From NCBI GenBank assembly GCA_001949185.1, contig BDGG01000005.1, positions 2,283,249 through 2,347,248 of the forward strand: 64,000 nucleotides of DNA, written 5' to 3'. Below the pieces are notes generated by a model that was not told the DNA's origin, made no database searches, and worked only from the letters and a program-made list of their open reading frames with translations. The stretch's first letter is position 1. The number at the start of each line of letters is the position of its first letter. This document shows positions 23,317-36,325 of this stretch, piece after piece. The position numbers and the translations under genes are program-made. This stretch comes from Ramazzottius varieornatus. Taxonomy: Eukaryota > Animalia > Tardigrada.

Positions 23317-26300
23317 CTAGGAATCACCGTCTTTCATAGGCTCTTGAAGCAAAGTTTTGTCGAGAGAGTTTGAGATTTGCACTAGCAGTTGTCGCATTTC
23401 GTCCATGTTCCCATCCATGTCTTGGAGTCTAAACATACAAAGAAAGATGGGTTACTGTTGAGCTTCCCCTAATCCTCCTTCTTCACCGAAAGTTTATTGC
23501 GAGCGTACCTTTTGCGTAGCTGGAGAAGCTCGTTCCTTTCGGCATTAGCCATGACGACTTCCGGGTCGTCGTTCTCTAAAACTTCGTTGACTTCCGGTGG
23601 CACCGTACTACCAGATATCAACCTTGCGAACTGTAAAGCAGTATATTCGTGTACTCAAAACGGAGTTGGTTCTGCTACAAGCCTGAGTGACTGCATACCC
23701 AAGTCTGGAAGTCAACTTTACGTGTAGGATAGTACCGGTACGCACTGCACGTGTTATGAATCTTCTCCCTAAACCTTGTCGGGAACAATTTTTCCAGACT
23801 CTCGTGCAGGGAAATCTGCATGCGGATCCTTAGGATGACGGCGTTCCTCCGGACACTAGCCATATCTCCGATCGACAGACCCATCTGCAGCACAACCAGC
23901 CCATTAAAGGTTAAAATTGCAACCGAGATGCGGCATGCCTTCGACTGCCAATCGCGTGCAGTTACTCACCAGTAGGTTCACCAGAAGAATCGGCATCATG
24001 ATGAGAAGTGCGCTGTAGAAGATATATCCTAGAACGGGAAACGGGAGCATGCCGTCTATAAGTGGTACCAGGAAGCGTTCGAAAGCTTCCAGGTCTCCTA
24101 GCATGAGCGACGCCACCCTGACTGCAGAGGTAGGGAGCCAGCCGTGAGTCGTTTGGAGCTCATCCGGATCGAGGTCGTTCGGGTCCTACAGACATGACGG
24201 TTGATTAGGGTCTTCAGTCAATAATCTCAGTATCAAAATAGCAGGACGATTACTGAAGCGTCGTAGTAGTCAGGGTCGTCCGGAAAGATGAAGGTGTTGA
24301 ACAGGATAAAAAAGGAAATGGTGAAAGCCGCCATCAGAACGAAAAAGAACAAGGCAACTTGAAGCAAGGTTCTGAAGATCGTGAAAAACATCACAGAATA
24401 GATGCCGAAAGTTCCAAATCTGCATTAAATTTCCCAATCAGGTTATACATTTCCAGCGTCATCGGAGAAAAAAAGAGTGATATACTCACGGTCGAAAAAA
24501 CCGCAGTAAGTTGAACCACGCCAGAAAGACAGCCACTGCGCCGAACTGAAAAGTCAAGTCGCCGACACTCCCATTAAAATTGTCTATGGCCAAACAGACC
24601 ATGAATCCCGTGTTGGACACGAACAGGCTGATTTGAAAGTAGTTGGTCCAGTCCCGAAAATACCCCCAGCCCTGAAGAGAGCAAATCAAAATGTGGACGT
24701 AAGCGTCGTAAGGTAAATTCTAACGCAAACCACATGGATACGAAAATGTAGTCCGCGATGACGTTATGCGCGAGTTGATCGAGTCACAGGTCAGAGAACA
24801 CGCGTGAAGTACCTCGGAAGCTGCGTCTGCCAGTTCTTTTCCCGCAACTACCATTAAAGCGATGACTAGAGGTACAGCCAGCGGTGTTCCTTCAAAGCCA
24901 GGATGTCCAGCTTCCTCGTCCTCTTTTACTACTCGCTTGATCTCGTTCCAGTCAGAGTCGTTCAGAGCATCTGGATGATGTCGGCCCACGTTATCGAGAA
25001 TGATCTTGAACAAGTGTGGACGTAGTTCTCTCTCGACTGAGTAGACCGTCACGAGAGACAGCAAAGTTACGAAGATACTGTTGGAGATAAGGATCAAAGC
25101 CGAACAGTACAAGCCATAGATAATCCTGCGAGAACAGCGATATAAGATCATCATGGAGAAGCAGCCGCACTTCAGTGATATACCATTTTCGCTCCAGCAA
25201 CGTCTTGGTGACAGGATGAAGCAACAAATCCGTTCGTTTCAGTTTGGACATAACCTAAGGATAAACCGATATTGAATTCACGCATGGTTGCTTAACTGAG
25301 TAGGTCGTCAATTCTATTAATTTACAGGGTTCAAGGGTTTACTTTGAACGTCCACATAGGCATGGTCCAAGGTTTATCCTTGTCCATGATCGCAGACACC
25401 TCGGCTTTCTCGAGGAGACTAAAATCGTACGTCGCCTAAAGAAAACAGCACCTTATAATCACGAGGAAGCAAGTAGCAATCTTTTGACAGGATGTCATGT
25501 CTGATCACGAGAACATCTTACGTATGGCTCGCCTGTCTTTTCATCCCGGCGTTTCTTGACGCAGCGATCAAGGCAAACCTAGAAAGCTAATCCCCCTGAA
25601 ACCTTTGGTCACAACAGCCCAGGGATGAGTTCGGGCGTACTTTCATGACATCCGGTAACTGCTGAATCAGACCTAAGGCGATGGTGCCGTATTCGACTGA
25701 GGACATGGAAACAAAATCTTTCCATCGTGCGCTGTTGACAAAGGCCAGGGCGGCACTCTCGTTCTTTTGGCCGATGGCCAGTTCCAGCGCGGTTTTTCCG
25801 GTATTCTCCATCTTGTTGATGGCCCCATTTGCCAACAAGAACGCCACTGCTCGAGCTGAATCCTTGAACGCTGCGTGGTGTAATGCTGTGTACTATAAAA
25901 TAGAATAGTCGGAGAGCCACTTGACGATAGTTTTGCATGTGAAACAATCTGGAAGAAGCAGCGGGGAATCGGTCCTTAGCAGACCATGGGTAACCGCTTC
26001 CTGTTCATTTATTTGTAAATGATACGCCATATGGAGCAAAACATGGCAGGCTAGCTGGTGTCTCCCAGAATTTTCGTGAACTTCAGGATTTAGATTTTCC
26101 TTCTTGATTACCCCTTCTTGATCGACGTTGTTCAGCATGGATCCATGATTGCTGACTATCGTTCCGAGGACAGCTAGAACATACCAGACAGGTAAGCTAT
26201 AAATAAACCGATAAGGCAGTTGGGGACCAGATCTTCCTACCAAGATGATCTTGCGCAGCGGCCAAGTGCAGTGGAGCCTTTCCGAAGTCATCCCTGTTTG

Positions 26301-28621
26301 AATTGAAGTAATCACAAATCTTGCTCTTTACAGACGTCGGGCTGCCGGAACTTCGACTTACGCTACAGCAGAAGCTCCTTTCGAAATCAGATACTCGACA
26401 ATGTCTTGATGTCCATGCGTCGCAGCCAAATGGTAAGCCGTTCGTCCTGTAAGCAAAGACTGGACTTGTTCGACCCCTGCCGGCTGCGTCATCGCGGCGC
26501 TGGTAGGACAAGTGAGTATTTTGTTTCTATCGCCCTGTTTCACGAATGTCTACTATTTGCTTGTGTTTGTAGACTTACCTTGCCAGTCAACGCAGTTGAG
26601 GATATCTGCAGCGTCAGATGTCCGCATGATGACTTCGACGATATCAAAGTGTCCATGTCTACAAGGAGGAGGACGTTTCCAAGTCGATGGAAAAAAACGA
26701 CGCAGCAACAGGTGAGGTAAACCTACTTGGCAGCATAATGCAGCACCGTCTTTTCTTTCCGGTTGCGCACACGAATGTTTGCTCCTAACTGCATGAGACC
26801 TTTGACAGCCATCACGTTGCCGGAGATGGCGGCGTAATGGATGGCTGTGTAGCCTTTGTCGTCTGCGGCGTCTAGGCTGGGTACAAGGTGGGGATTCTAC
26901 CGACAACACATTTCTACCTGGTTTGCTGAAACATGTCCGTAACGTTTACTTACATTTCGCAGAAGTGTCACGAAGATTGTGCATTCAGCAATGTTCTCTC
27001 CGGCTTGGGCTGAATGATGGGCCATCCGACACCAATGGACAGGACCGTGAGCAAACGGATCTGCACCGGCCTTCATCAATACCGTGACGTTCTTCCAAGC
27101 ACCTCGACTGGCGGCTAAATGAAGAGGGGTATGGCCGTCGATATCGAAGACGTCAAGAAGCTCACCCTAGAGCAACAAGGTAAGAGAGATACGGATTCCT
27201 GATGACAAAGGTATCGTTCCAATCAAACTTTCGTGAGACCGGAACTCCAAAAACTTGACGTACCCGTTTGCAAGTATCCTCATCGAGGGTGTATCCGGAC
27301 GAGATACTACGTAGCGTTTTCCGAAAAGGTGTCATAGGCACTTCGGCTTCTTCTTCCATGAGTTCTCGGTGCACCGTACGAACTTTTTTAACGAGGAAGT
27401 CCATTAGCGCAGGCAAGTCCAGCAAGGCAGCTTTGTGTAATGGCATCGATCCGTCAGTGTCTACCAGCTCCGGGTCCGTCAAAGTCCTTCTAAATCCCAC
27501 AGGACTCATGTCAGCCATCAGCTTCAAAATCACCAATGATCCCTGGCTGCAGGCTGTGTGGACCGGCGTTGATTGTAATCCTTGTGTTTGTTTACAATCA
27601 ACTGCAGCGCCATGTTGGAGAAGCAGTCTTGCGCTTTCCATCTGATGACGCTGTACGGCCCAGTGTAATGGTGTCGAACCTTGTTTGTCCGTAATCGCCA
27701 CCAGATTAACGTTATCTGAAGCGTTCATAAAAGTCAGTCTTTGATTGAAAAGACGGATGATTGGGTTCTTACTGTAGGGATTGACTTGGGTTAGTAAGAA
27801 GGTTAGCACTTCCAAGGAGCCGTACTCCGCTGCTACGTGAATTGGTGTCAGCCCGTAAAAACTATTTTGCGTAGCCAGAGGGTCAGCTCGACGTTTGATC
27901 AGAAGGGTAGCAGCTGTTAGATTGTTGACTTCAGCAGCGATATGGAGCGGTCTTCTGCCCATCGTGCTCCCATCGAGCTCTTCCACTTTGCAGTCCGGAT
28001 GAGACAGTAGATCCTAACAGCGAATTTCAGAGCTAAATTTGAAGACTCCTCCCAAACAGATCAACGGAGTTCTTCGAAGAAATTTTTGAACGCTCGAAAA
28101 CTTTTTTTGCAGAAGTAAGAAACCCGGAAGCTCGGCAAACAATCTCGACAAGCTTGCTTCCTGAAGTGCCGCACACTTCCAGTTTGTAATACCGAAAACG
28201 TGCGCCACCTGTAAGAGCAGTCTTGTCGAGTCTGTTTGCCGAGCTCTCGTGTTACTTGTAGGAGGGGTGTATTTCCGGTGCGAATGGCGTCGTGTATAGA
28301 ACCAGGTTTCATGGACTTCCGCCTCATCTGAATCACAGGTCCTGGTGAAATAACCACTTGGCTGTCGACGTCGTCTTCCATTGACATGAACCCTTCGTTG
28401 ATTCCACCCAGCCCAAATGCGCGGCTGGGAATGCTGCCGTTCTCGGTTTCCACACTGAGCATGTCCTGGCGACCCATGAGCTTCTTCAGGTAGCTGCTTT
28501 GTGCAGCGAGAGGCATGCTTTTTCGGCGTCCCATGTTGGGGATTGTCCCGGGTATCGCGCTTTTCCGCCGCGAATAAATTTGCTCCGGGTCGCTGACCAT
28601 CTTACCGACGTCACTCTTCAT
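23317..28621 (-). CDS. TRPA1: TRPA1-like ankyrin-repeat TRP cation channel, many short introns
   Basis: Many ankyrin repeats (PLHIAA, TPIHVAA, TPLHWAV, PLHKAA, TAYHLAA, TALELAI); LLLHPVTKTLLERKW; YFRDWTNY; FGTFGIYSVMFFTIFRT; pore LMLGDLE; LLVNLLMGLSIGDMASVRRNA..RIRMQISLHESLE TRP-like helix; C-terminal coiled coil. Confidence 0.92.
28127..28246. repeat. Palindromic element copy (TRPA intron)
   Basis: AGCTCGGCAAACAATCTCGACAAG..N25 core..CTTGTCGAGTCTGTTTGCCGAGCT. Confidence 0.9.
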
Positions 28622-29323
28622 CGTGCAGCTGTGTTAGTAGTCTTGGTCAGATCCAGGGAGGTCAAAACAAAGCATCCTCTAAATTTGCCCGTTCAAAAGT
28701 TTCGCGTATCGACGACTGAAATTATTTGTCAGGTTTGAGATCGCAGTGCATTCGCACTACGAATTTTAGGCTGACTATCTTGCAAGGAACCGCTTATCTT
28801 TGCGAGAAGATAGCTTGGACCCTGTTTGCGGCCTTATCGAAAACTGGGCAAACAAAGAGGTCATAAATCACTACCCAAGACCTATTCATTCCATGACTTT
28901 GCAAAGCATGGTGCCTATCGCGGAAACCACAACAATGTCGCAGAGTGCTAGTTCTTTGAATCATTCCCCTCGCTGTAGAACTAGAAGGTATTTGCTGACG
29001 CACGTAAGGTCTGACAGCCGACAAACTAACCCAATCCATCAAACCAATGGAATGCGATACGGAATACAGTACCGCAGCTGAATGCCCCCAACAGGAAAGA
29101 TCTAGTAGTTGAAAACTTGACCAATGTACAAAAGACCTGTAAAAAGAAGGTATTATGGGTCGTCCTCGAATGTGCGCGCTGCCTAGCTATTAATATGTCA
29201 AATCCCACTTGACACTGACTGTGACATAATCTCCAAAACTGACTAGCTAATTCTTGAATTTCTGTTGTTGAACAGGGATAGAAACAATGCCACAGATGAG
29301 ACCAAGGAACTGTGTGAGATCAT

Positions 29324-31841
29324 TCAGACAGAGAATGACGCTGACTTTCGCCTCGTCGCAAGAATCCGTAGAATTTCCTTGTGTTCATGCAGCGGCTTGG
29401 CGTAGCGGTTACCTTTCTGATGGACCTCCCTGTGCGAGCAATAGTCGAAGTAGAAATTTTCGCGAAGGTCAAGAAGCTCCGCTAGGCGAACTCCAACCGC
29501 GGTTACCGGTTCCGGGTCGTTACAGCCCATCCACACTTGCACTCTGTATTCATCCCCGCGGTTACAAAAGTAACACCCGTTGACCATCTCGTTGTGGTCG
29601 CCGAACTGTTCTCCCACCAAGGCCATCAGGATTTCCTTCCAGAAAAAGTCGACGACTGGCGAGACAGTGTTGCCTCTTGGCACTGGTAAGTTGAATCGCC
29701 ATAGACCGCCTGCAGAAAAAATCCAGAATCAAAATTCGCTGCGCACTTGATGAAAGTAATGGTAGATTGGAAATACGAAGAGCTACTATTTCGGACTCCG
29801 CACGTTACTTGCAGATGTTGCTGTTTGTTATCCTCCGTTGTTTTTGAAAATCCGACGCCATTTGGTGTGTAAGAATTTTCTATGCACAGTATTTGACCTC
29901 GGCTAAGGTTTCTAGAACGCTCCGTTTCTTTTTCCACCGGTAACAACAAGGACCATTTTGCCCGACGAAAGTCTCACGTACCATTTGTGTTCTTGGGATC
30001 TTCCCAAGCAGCGCCAATCACAGGCCACTCTTTAAATTTTTCCTTTCCACCACGGAAGAACATGTAGTCTTGCATCTTCCCTGTTTCCGAGGCTTTAGGC
30101 GTCGTGTGGTACCCGTGGAAGAACCCTTCAACTGTATCGAAGACTCCTACGGGCTGCATACCCGAGTTCCAGTCCGAACCCTTCTTTTTCGTCGTTTGGT
30201 TCATGTGATACATGGTCCACGGAGTCTCCAGAAGGTGGACGTCTGGTTCGGTCTTTTGAGGAGAAGCTTCCTGTAGTATTTCCGGTGTTGCATGATCGGT
30301 CGATGAATGATCGGGTTCCACAACCATTTCCTTGACAGGCTCGGGTTCTTTTACCTCATCAGATACGAGGCTTTCTTCTGCAAGAAAGACAAAAGTTGGT
30401 TCTTGTTACCCGCTTCTTGCACAGCACAAACCAAACCCGAAGTTTTCCAACATCTACACAGGGTTTTTCCCTTACGTTGAGCTTTTGCTATAGGCGAAGA
30501 ACTACTGGCTTCCCGGAGAGAGTCGATATCTTCCGTTTCTTCTACGATATTTAGTTCTGGAATAGGTGGAGGAGTTGGCTGTGACTGAGCCTGGCTTTCG
30601 ATAGGTGTGGAAGGCACATTATGTCCCGGTGGATTCTCGTTGTTTCTCTTCTTGGCTTGCGGTTCGTAGGATGGTGGCGAATCCATCATTGGTTTGCTCG
30701 GTCTTCTCGACTTCCGGTCTTTGTTCTGTCTTACTGCATCAGCACTATTTTGTGGGAACTTGTTCCTCCCATTCGAGTTCTGTACTCTCATATTCTGAGA
30801 CCCAGTGTTCGGTTTTGAATTTCGGCCTTTCTGTTCCGACCGATGGCCTCTAAACTGCAGACCAGTTGGTATCAGATGCGCAGGGACATCACCCAGAAGT
30901 GAAGTGCCAGAATGTAAATTTAACGGTGACAGCACACTGGGCGATTGTCCACCGTTGAAAGGTGGTGCTCGAATCTGCTGGGCCTCGTTGTAGTTTTGCT
31001 GGTGCGGAGGTTTATGGTGGTTTCCGGTTGACGGACGTTTCGCACTCACTACGGGCTCTTCTACAGGTTCGGTGATGTCGACGGAACCGAAGACATCGGC
31101 CTTCAGTCCATCGGGTACTTCGATCAAACCAGGTTTCAGCACAGAGGCCCAGCTTGAATGACTTCTGGACGTTTGACTTCCGGACGGGGTGGAACGCCCT
31201 CCAGATGGGGTGGATGGTCTCTCTGGAAGAGCTTGTCGTGATCCTTCCGGGTCGGAAAGTAACCCAGGCTGACTCGGCTTTACCACAGGTTTTGCTGAAG
31301 TGGTACTCGCGGCTGCGGGGTTGGAGCTGGTAGAGTTGATCCTAAGATCGCTCAAGCTACTTTTCCGCGACATCGAGTTGGTCCATTCCCTCGTCTGATA
31401 TCTCTGTGGTGTGGATCTTCCGACGTTATTTTGTGATTGAAGATGAATGTTGTAGTGACCACCAGTATGCTTGTTGGAATTTCCACGGACACCATAAGTC
31501 GAGATGGGCCGGGAAGAAGCCGGGTTGTTGAGCTGTACGCTGGTGTTGTTGGAGGGAGTGGCATTCGTACCGCTGGTGCTTGCCGCTGCTTCTTCGGGAA
31601 TGGAAGGTGTGCTTCTTGGTGTTGGGATTAGGTTGGATTTGGTCGGTACTTGTGGCGGTACATCTCGGTTCTGGCCCTTGTTGATTCGCTTCTTACGAGT
31701 TTTCTGAATGAACGGACCTTCTTCGCTGGAGGACGATGGCTTGGGTGTAGTGTTCTCGGACGAAGGCGAGGATTTGAGGTTGGATGGTTTCGAGTTTCCG
31801 AGTGAAACAGATGTCTTGTTCAGAGTGGCGGTGACAGACAT
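29324..31841 (-). CDS. eIF4E: eIF4E-family cap-binding protein with ~500 aa low-complexity N-terminal extension, 3 coding exons
   Basis: HLLETPWTMY..SDWN..FDTVEGFF..DYMFFR..AAWEDPKNTNG|GLWRF..FFWKEILMALVGEQF..NRGDEYRVQVW; introns ~30378-30474 and 29710-29981 splice in frame. Confidence 0.88.
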
Positions 31842-33126
31842 CTGAGAAACTTGATATACTGTAGAGGGCGAAACTAGTGATGGACTATTGGACAGTGCAC
31901 AGAAGGTAAGAGACGGCTCGTCTACGGTAATCGGTGCTGGGTGGTTACTACTCGGATTGACTGTAGAATGGTCGTTTAGGAAGGTTCACTTCATCGCAAA
32001 TGAAACAAGCGATGGTTATAAACAACGTCCTCTAGTGAATTAGTCCCTTTTGTCTCTGATATCTGTGAAAACTTTTCACGCACAGAAAGATGTACGATTC
32101 GCTTCCCAACAGGTATGAAGTTTTTCACAGGACAATTTTCATTTAACTTTTCCTGAGCGGAAGTCGTGGACGTGTCACCGGAAACGGTACAAGGACGAGC
32201 GTTACCATAGGTACCAGCATAACAAATGGTGCCGGGACGGCTGAATGGTCCGTTGACGACCGTGGCGCCCCCTCGAGCCTCGCCACCTGTTGTTATCACA
32301 GTGTCATGTTGCTTGACGTAGGTAAAGGCGTGTGATGTTTTTTCTCACTTGTTGTCTAGTACAGGTGTCGAGGCGGAAGAGACTTGGACCTTCGCGTACC
32401 GACTACCGAGTACCAGGCAGTACGTGCTGCAGGGTAGCGAACTTCAAGTTGCTACCACAGTGCAGGTTCTGTTGTCGCTGGGCACACCCGTGTGCGTACA
32501 CTGAACAAAATGATTGAGACCATTATTGATACATCGAATCGACGTCCCGGAAGCGAGTAAGCGGGTAGAGTTTGGGTCGGAGAGGAATTTTTGGTCTTCG
32601 TGGAAGCATTTCCGTGAATTGTTGCTTTAATGCCCGTAGAAACCTGACTACCCTTCTGAACCTGGACCGCGGCACGCTTTCCAATTCGTTAAACACCTGC
32701 CCAAACAGAGTCAATCTATCCTGTTCAGCTTACTTCGATGATCAATATACGTCGATCCGGCATCAAAACGGCTAAGAGCACGAAGAGTGTTTGAAATACA
32801 GTTTGGAGTGGATTTTGCTTTCCTCGTTAATCAACCTACTTTGTGTTACGTCTGTCGAATCTTAATTAGGTTAGCACGCAATATCGATTACTTGATGTTC
32901 TGTAGATGCAGTTTAGGCGTCCCAAGTCAGGGATTAACCCACGTCATTTCCTCCACAGCTTAATCGACCTTGCCGAAAAGGCCAGCTCCTCAAGGGCGTT
33001 CCCGGAATATGCCAGATTGCGTTAAACTAAAGGCTTCTCACTGGATGGATGGCTCTTGCACGGCATCCATTACTTCTTATGCATGTCGACTCTTTTTTCT
33101 TATCCTTTCTTTCCGGTACTTATCTC

Positions 33127-33330
33127 GGACGTCGGCAAATGAAAAATAATCTATTCACTCAGATCGTATCTTAGTGGCGCACGCTATCAGCCAGTACCAA
33201 CGGTAACATGCGCCACTTGGAAAAATTCGGCAGGATCGTTATTTTAGGTGGCGCACGCTCTCGACCAATAACAACGACATTGTGCGCCACTTAAGTTAAC
33301 GATCTGGGTGAAATTATTCGCCGACGTTCC
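33127..33330. repeat. Palindromic element, double-core subtype B (intergenic)
   Basis: GACGTCGGCAAAT..two GTGGCGCAC/TGCGCCACTT pairs 74 bp apart..CGATCTGGGTGAA..GCCGACGT. Confidence 0.9.
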
Positions 33331-33951
33331 ATCTTGGGCCGGATCAAGGCCAGCCCCTACACTATGAATATCGAGCAAAGCTATAATATTTTTAGACGAT
33401 ATTTGTATTTAATAAAAACTTCTAGAAATTTATCAACGAGCGTATGAGGTTTAACATGTGGGGGAATGATGATCTCTGGTAATGGCGGTAGATAAATTAT
33501 GAAATTCCTCTCCGTTTCAAGAAACGATCGATGACTTCCAGTTCTTTGATTCAAAGTACCGCGAACGAAAATACATGGCTTTAGACGGAAGAACGGTGCG
33601 AGAAAAGCGGGGCTGTTTCTTGTTTCTTCGATAACGGGGAAAGCAGGTGGGATAGTCATATTCTGCAACAAAAAGGACATTGCGAGAGACGATTGAGTGG
33701 ATCTATTCGATGGGAATGGCGTGGCGTGACGTGACGTGACAAGCAGCTGACGTTGATGCTTAGGTTGACATTGTAGAGAACGCTTGAATTGTCTCCTTAC
33801 GTAGACGATGACATTGTGACCCGCGTGTTGTTTCTGTTCGTTTCTTCGGGCTGGTAAATACATACGGACAGGCAAACAGCTGTTGGCCGTGCTTCTTTTT
33901 TCTTCAGGGTAGAAATCTGGGAGTTGAATTTGCACGAAAGTGTGATGACCT

Positions 33952-36325
33952 TTACTCGCCTTGAGGTGAAGGCTTGTTGCTTCCGGCAAACATCGGGTTG
34001 ACCACTTCGATCTCGCCAGCTGGAGCCAAGCCTGGGCATTCGTAGACAGTGTAGTCTCCGTAGTCTTCGTTGTCGCCATCGTCGTCTTCGCTGTCGTAGT
34101 CGCTGTGGTCGCCACTTCGAGGTGTGGCCGTGCTGCTATCGGCACTGCTGGGGTTGTGCTCGACCGAGGACATGATCTGGCGCTTCTGATGCTGGTAGTG
34201 GTAGGTCTCGGCAGACTTGGCCAAGGATCGGTCGCCGCTCAGGTCGAGGAAGGACGGCTTGATGGGACCCGGTCCCGTCACGCCATATGCTGGCTCTTCA
34301 GCGTCATCCACCAAGGTTCGCTTGCGCCCACGACGGTAGAACAACGCTGCGCAGATACAGGCGAACATGGTGCAGCCTGTGACCGCGAATGCGATGGGGA
34401 GTACGACACCAGAGTCCGTAGCAGTGCCTTGGGAGGAAAGTGTCTCAGCCGGTGCACGCTTCTCGCCGGTTGTTTTCAGGACGAAGCCGTACTCGGGTGA
34501 GGGTACATAACTCATTTCGGGCACCATATTGAGATGGGAAACCTGCAGAGTGTTGTCGTTGTGGGCGACTAAGTGAGCTTCGGTGTCGCCCGAAGGAAGG
34601 GGAAAAGGTGCGGCTGGTACGGCGAATACTTGTGATGAGGTGGCGGATGGTGTCATGGATGGAGTATCCGGCTGGACCTCCGCTGTGCCCTTTGCTTTGT
34701 CAGCAGGAGCCTCGTTGCGCACCTGGGCATTTTCCGATGCCTGGAATGGCGAAGAGAAAGATTAATGGCGTGTTAGCGGAATAGCTAAAGAAGTCAACCT
34801 TGCTCTGTGACGTCTGCTCAGAGCGAGTTACGCAAACTCCGACCAGATCGTTCCTCAAGTGGCGCTCCTTTGTAGCCAGTATTACTGAAAACTTGCGCAG
34901 CTTGGACAAACTCTACAAATCTTTCTTCCACCTGGCGCGTACTTTCAGCCTGTAACACTCTCATTGTGCACCACTTAGGAAAAACAATCTTGGGAGTTTG
35001 TTTGCCGAGCTCCCAAATTTTTTCAGTAGACGACTGAAGGCTTGAACCTGGATGGATCCAAGCTCAAGGTGAAGAATCTGTGCCCTTGAACCAGGTGATT
35101 AGGTTTTTTTAGCGCTTCGGTCGGAAATGACTGACGGGGGTGATGACTGGTCAAAATAGGGACAGGTAATTTCCTGGAAGAAACGTGCCATATGGCCCGT
35201 CGGGCTCCACGTATCGTCCATTTCAGCAACTGTATTGACTGTTGTCGAAGAACTGGAGATTAGCGGTTATTTGGTGTGGTCCCTGACGTCAGGCTTGTTT
35301 GCATGTAAAACAGGCTAAATAAAGTGTCAATACCGTATGTCGAGGCTGCCATTCGATCTCGACATGGTCTTTCCGTTTCATCGATTTTGACGTGCAGCCG
35401 CTCCCCCTTTTTCACTAACTACTAATTTATACGACCTTGCAACCTTCATCCCCAGTGCAACAAGCTAGTAATCGCCCGTCAAAACCTCCCTAATCATGAC
35501 CACAAAAATAAAAAGAACTAATACCTGTTGTTCCGTATCCTCCGAAGGTTCCTCATCATTTTCGCCTTCCCCATCACTAACGGTCTCGATCACCGTACCG
35601 GAAAAGTCGGGGAAAGCCAGTTGTTGAGTGAAATCGATTTCCTTTTCCCCATCCTCTTCAGGCAAAATTACCATAGTCTCATCTTCTTCACTGTCCTCCA
35701 TCGGGAAATTCTGCTCGTTCTCCTCAATGATCTTTTCGTTGTTTTCTTCTTCCTTCAGCACCGGCGTAGGTTGAGGCATCGCAGCAGGCTTCAGGGCCGA
35801 CTTCGACCCATCTTCCTTGTCAGCATAGTTCAAATACAGAGGTGTCTCGTCGCTGATGGTCGCCACATGAACTTTTCTCTTCGGTATCTTGATCAAGACT
35901 TTTGGTTCGGACTTCTTTTCAACCGGCGCAGGTGTTGTCGGCTTGGAGAACTTGAAGGGACCGGCACCTCCGTTGTTGGTAGCATCAGGTCCAAGTGTGG
36001 AGAACTTGGCTACCGGAAGTTCCATATCGACATTACCGAAATCGATATTGCTCGATGGTTCGCCGCCGATAAGTTCTCTCAGCTTCGCAAGGTCTTCGTA
36101 GGTTAACGATGGTGCAGCTTCATCGTAGCTCGGTTGGTCGTTGTAGGTTTGATCAGCCCCTCGATCATCTCCCCACGCTTCCTGTCCTTGGTACAAGGGC
36201 GATTGGTAGTCGGTGTCATCGTTGAGGTCTGCGTATTGTCCTTGGGACAGGTAGTTGATTGGCCAGCTTGACACAAGCGACAAGCTGACGAGGAGAGTTG
36301 CGACGAAGAGGACGTTGAAGCTCAT
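33952..36325 (-). CDS. NPDC1: NPDC1/CAB-1-like type I membrane protein, 2 coding exons
   Basis: Signal peptide MSFNVLFVATLLVSLSLVSS, acidic ectodomain, TM IAFAVTGCTMFACICAALFY, then family motifs YHYQHQKRQI and DYTVYECPGLAPAGEIEVVNPMF; phase-0 intron ~34741-35524. Confidence 0.88.
34822..35014. repeat. Palindromic element, double-core (NPDC1 intron)
   Basis: Cores ~73 bp apart; right arm GTTTGTTTGCCGAGCTCCC. Confidence 0.8.

Noticed and set aside
29900-29965. AKWSLLLPV reading just after the eIF4E WED exon as the next coding segment
   Set aside because: There is no usable acceptor. The 29710-29981 intron gives the canonical NGGLWRF continuation in frame.
33381-34145. 254 aa ORF overlapping the NPDC1 3' end, and similar long antisense or alternate-frame ORFs (36380-36997, 40948-41511, 43808-44449, 50302-50799, 53182-53724)
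   Set aside because: They show no recognisable motifs and are mostly shadows of real exons, UTRs or low-complexity acidic coding sequence.
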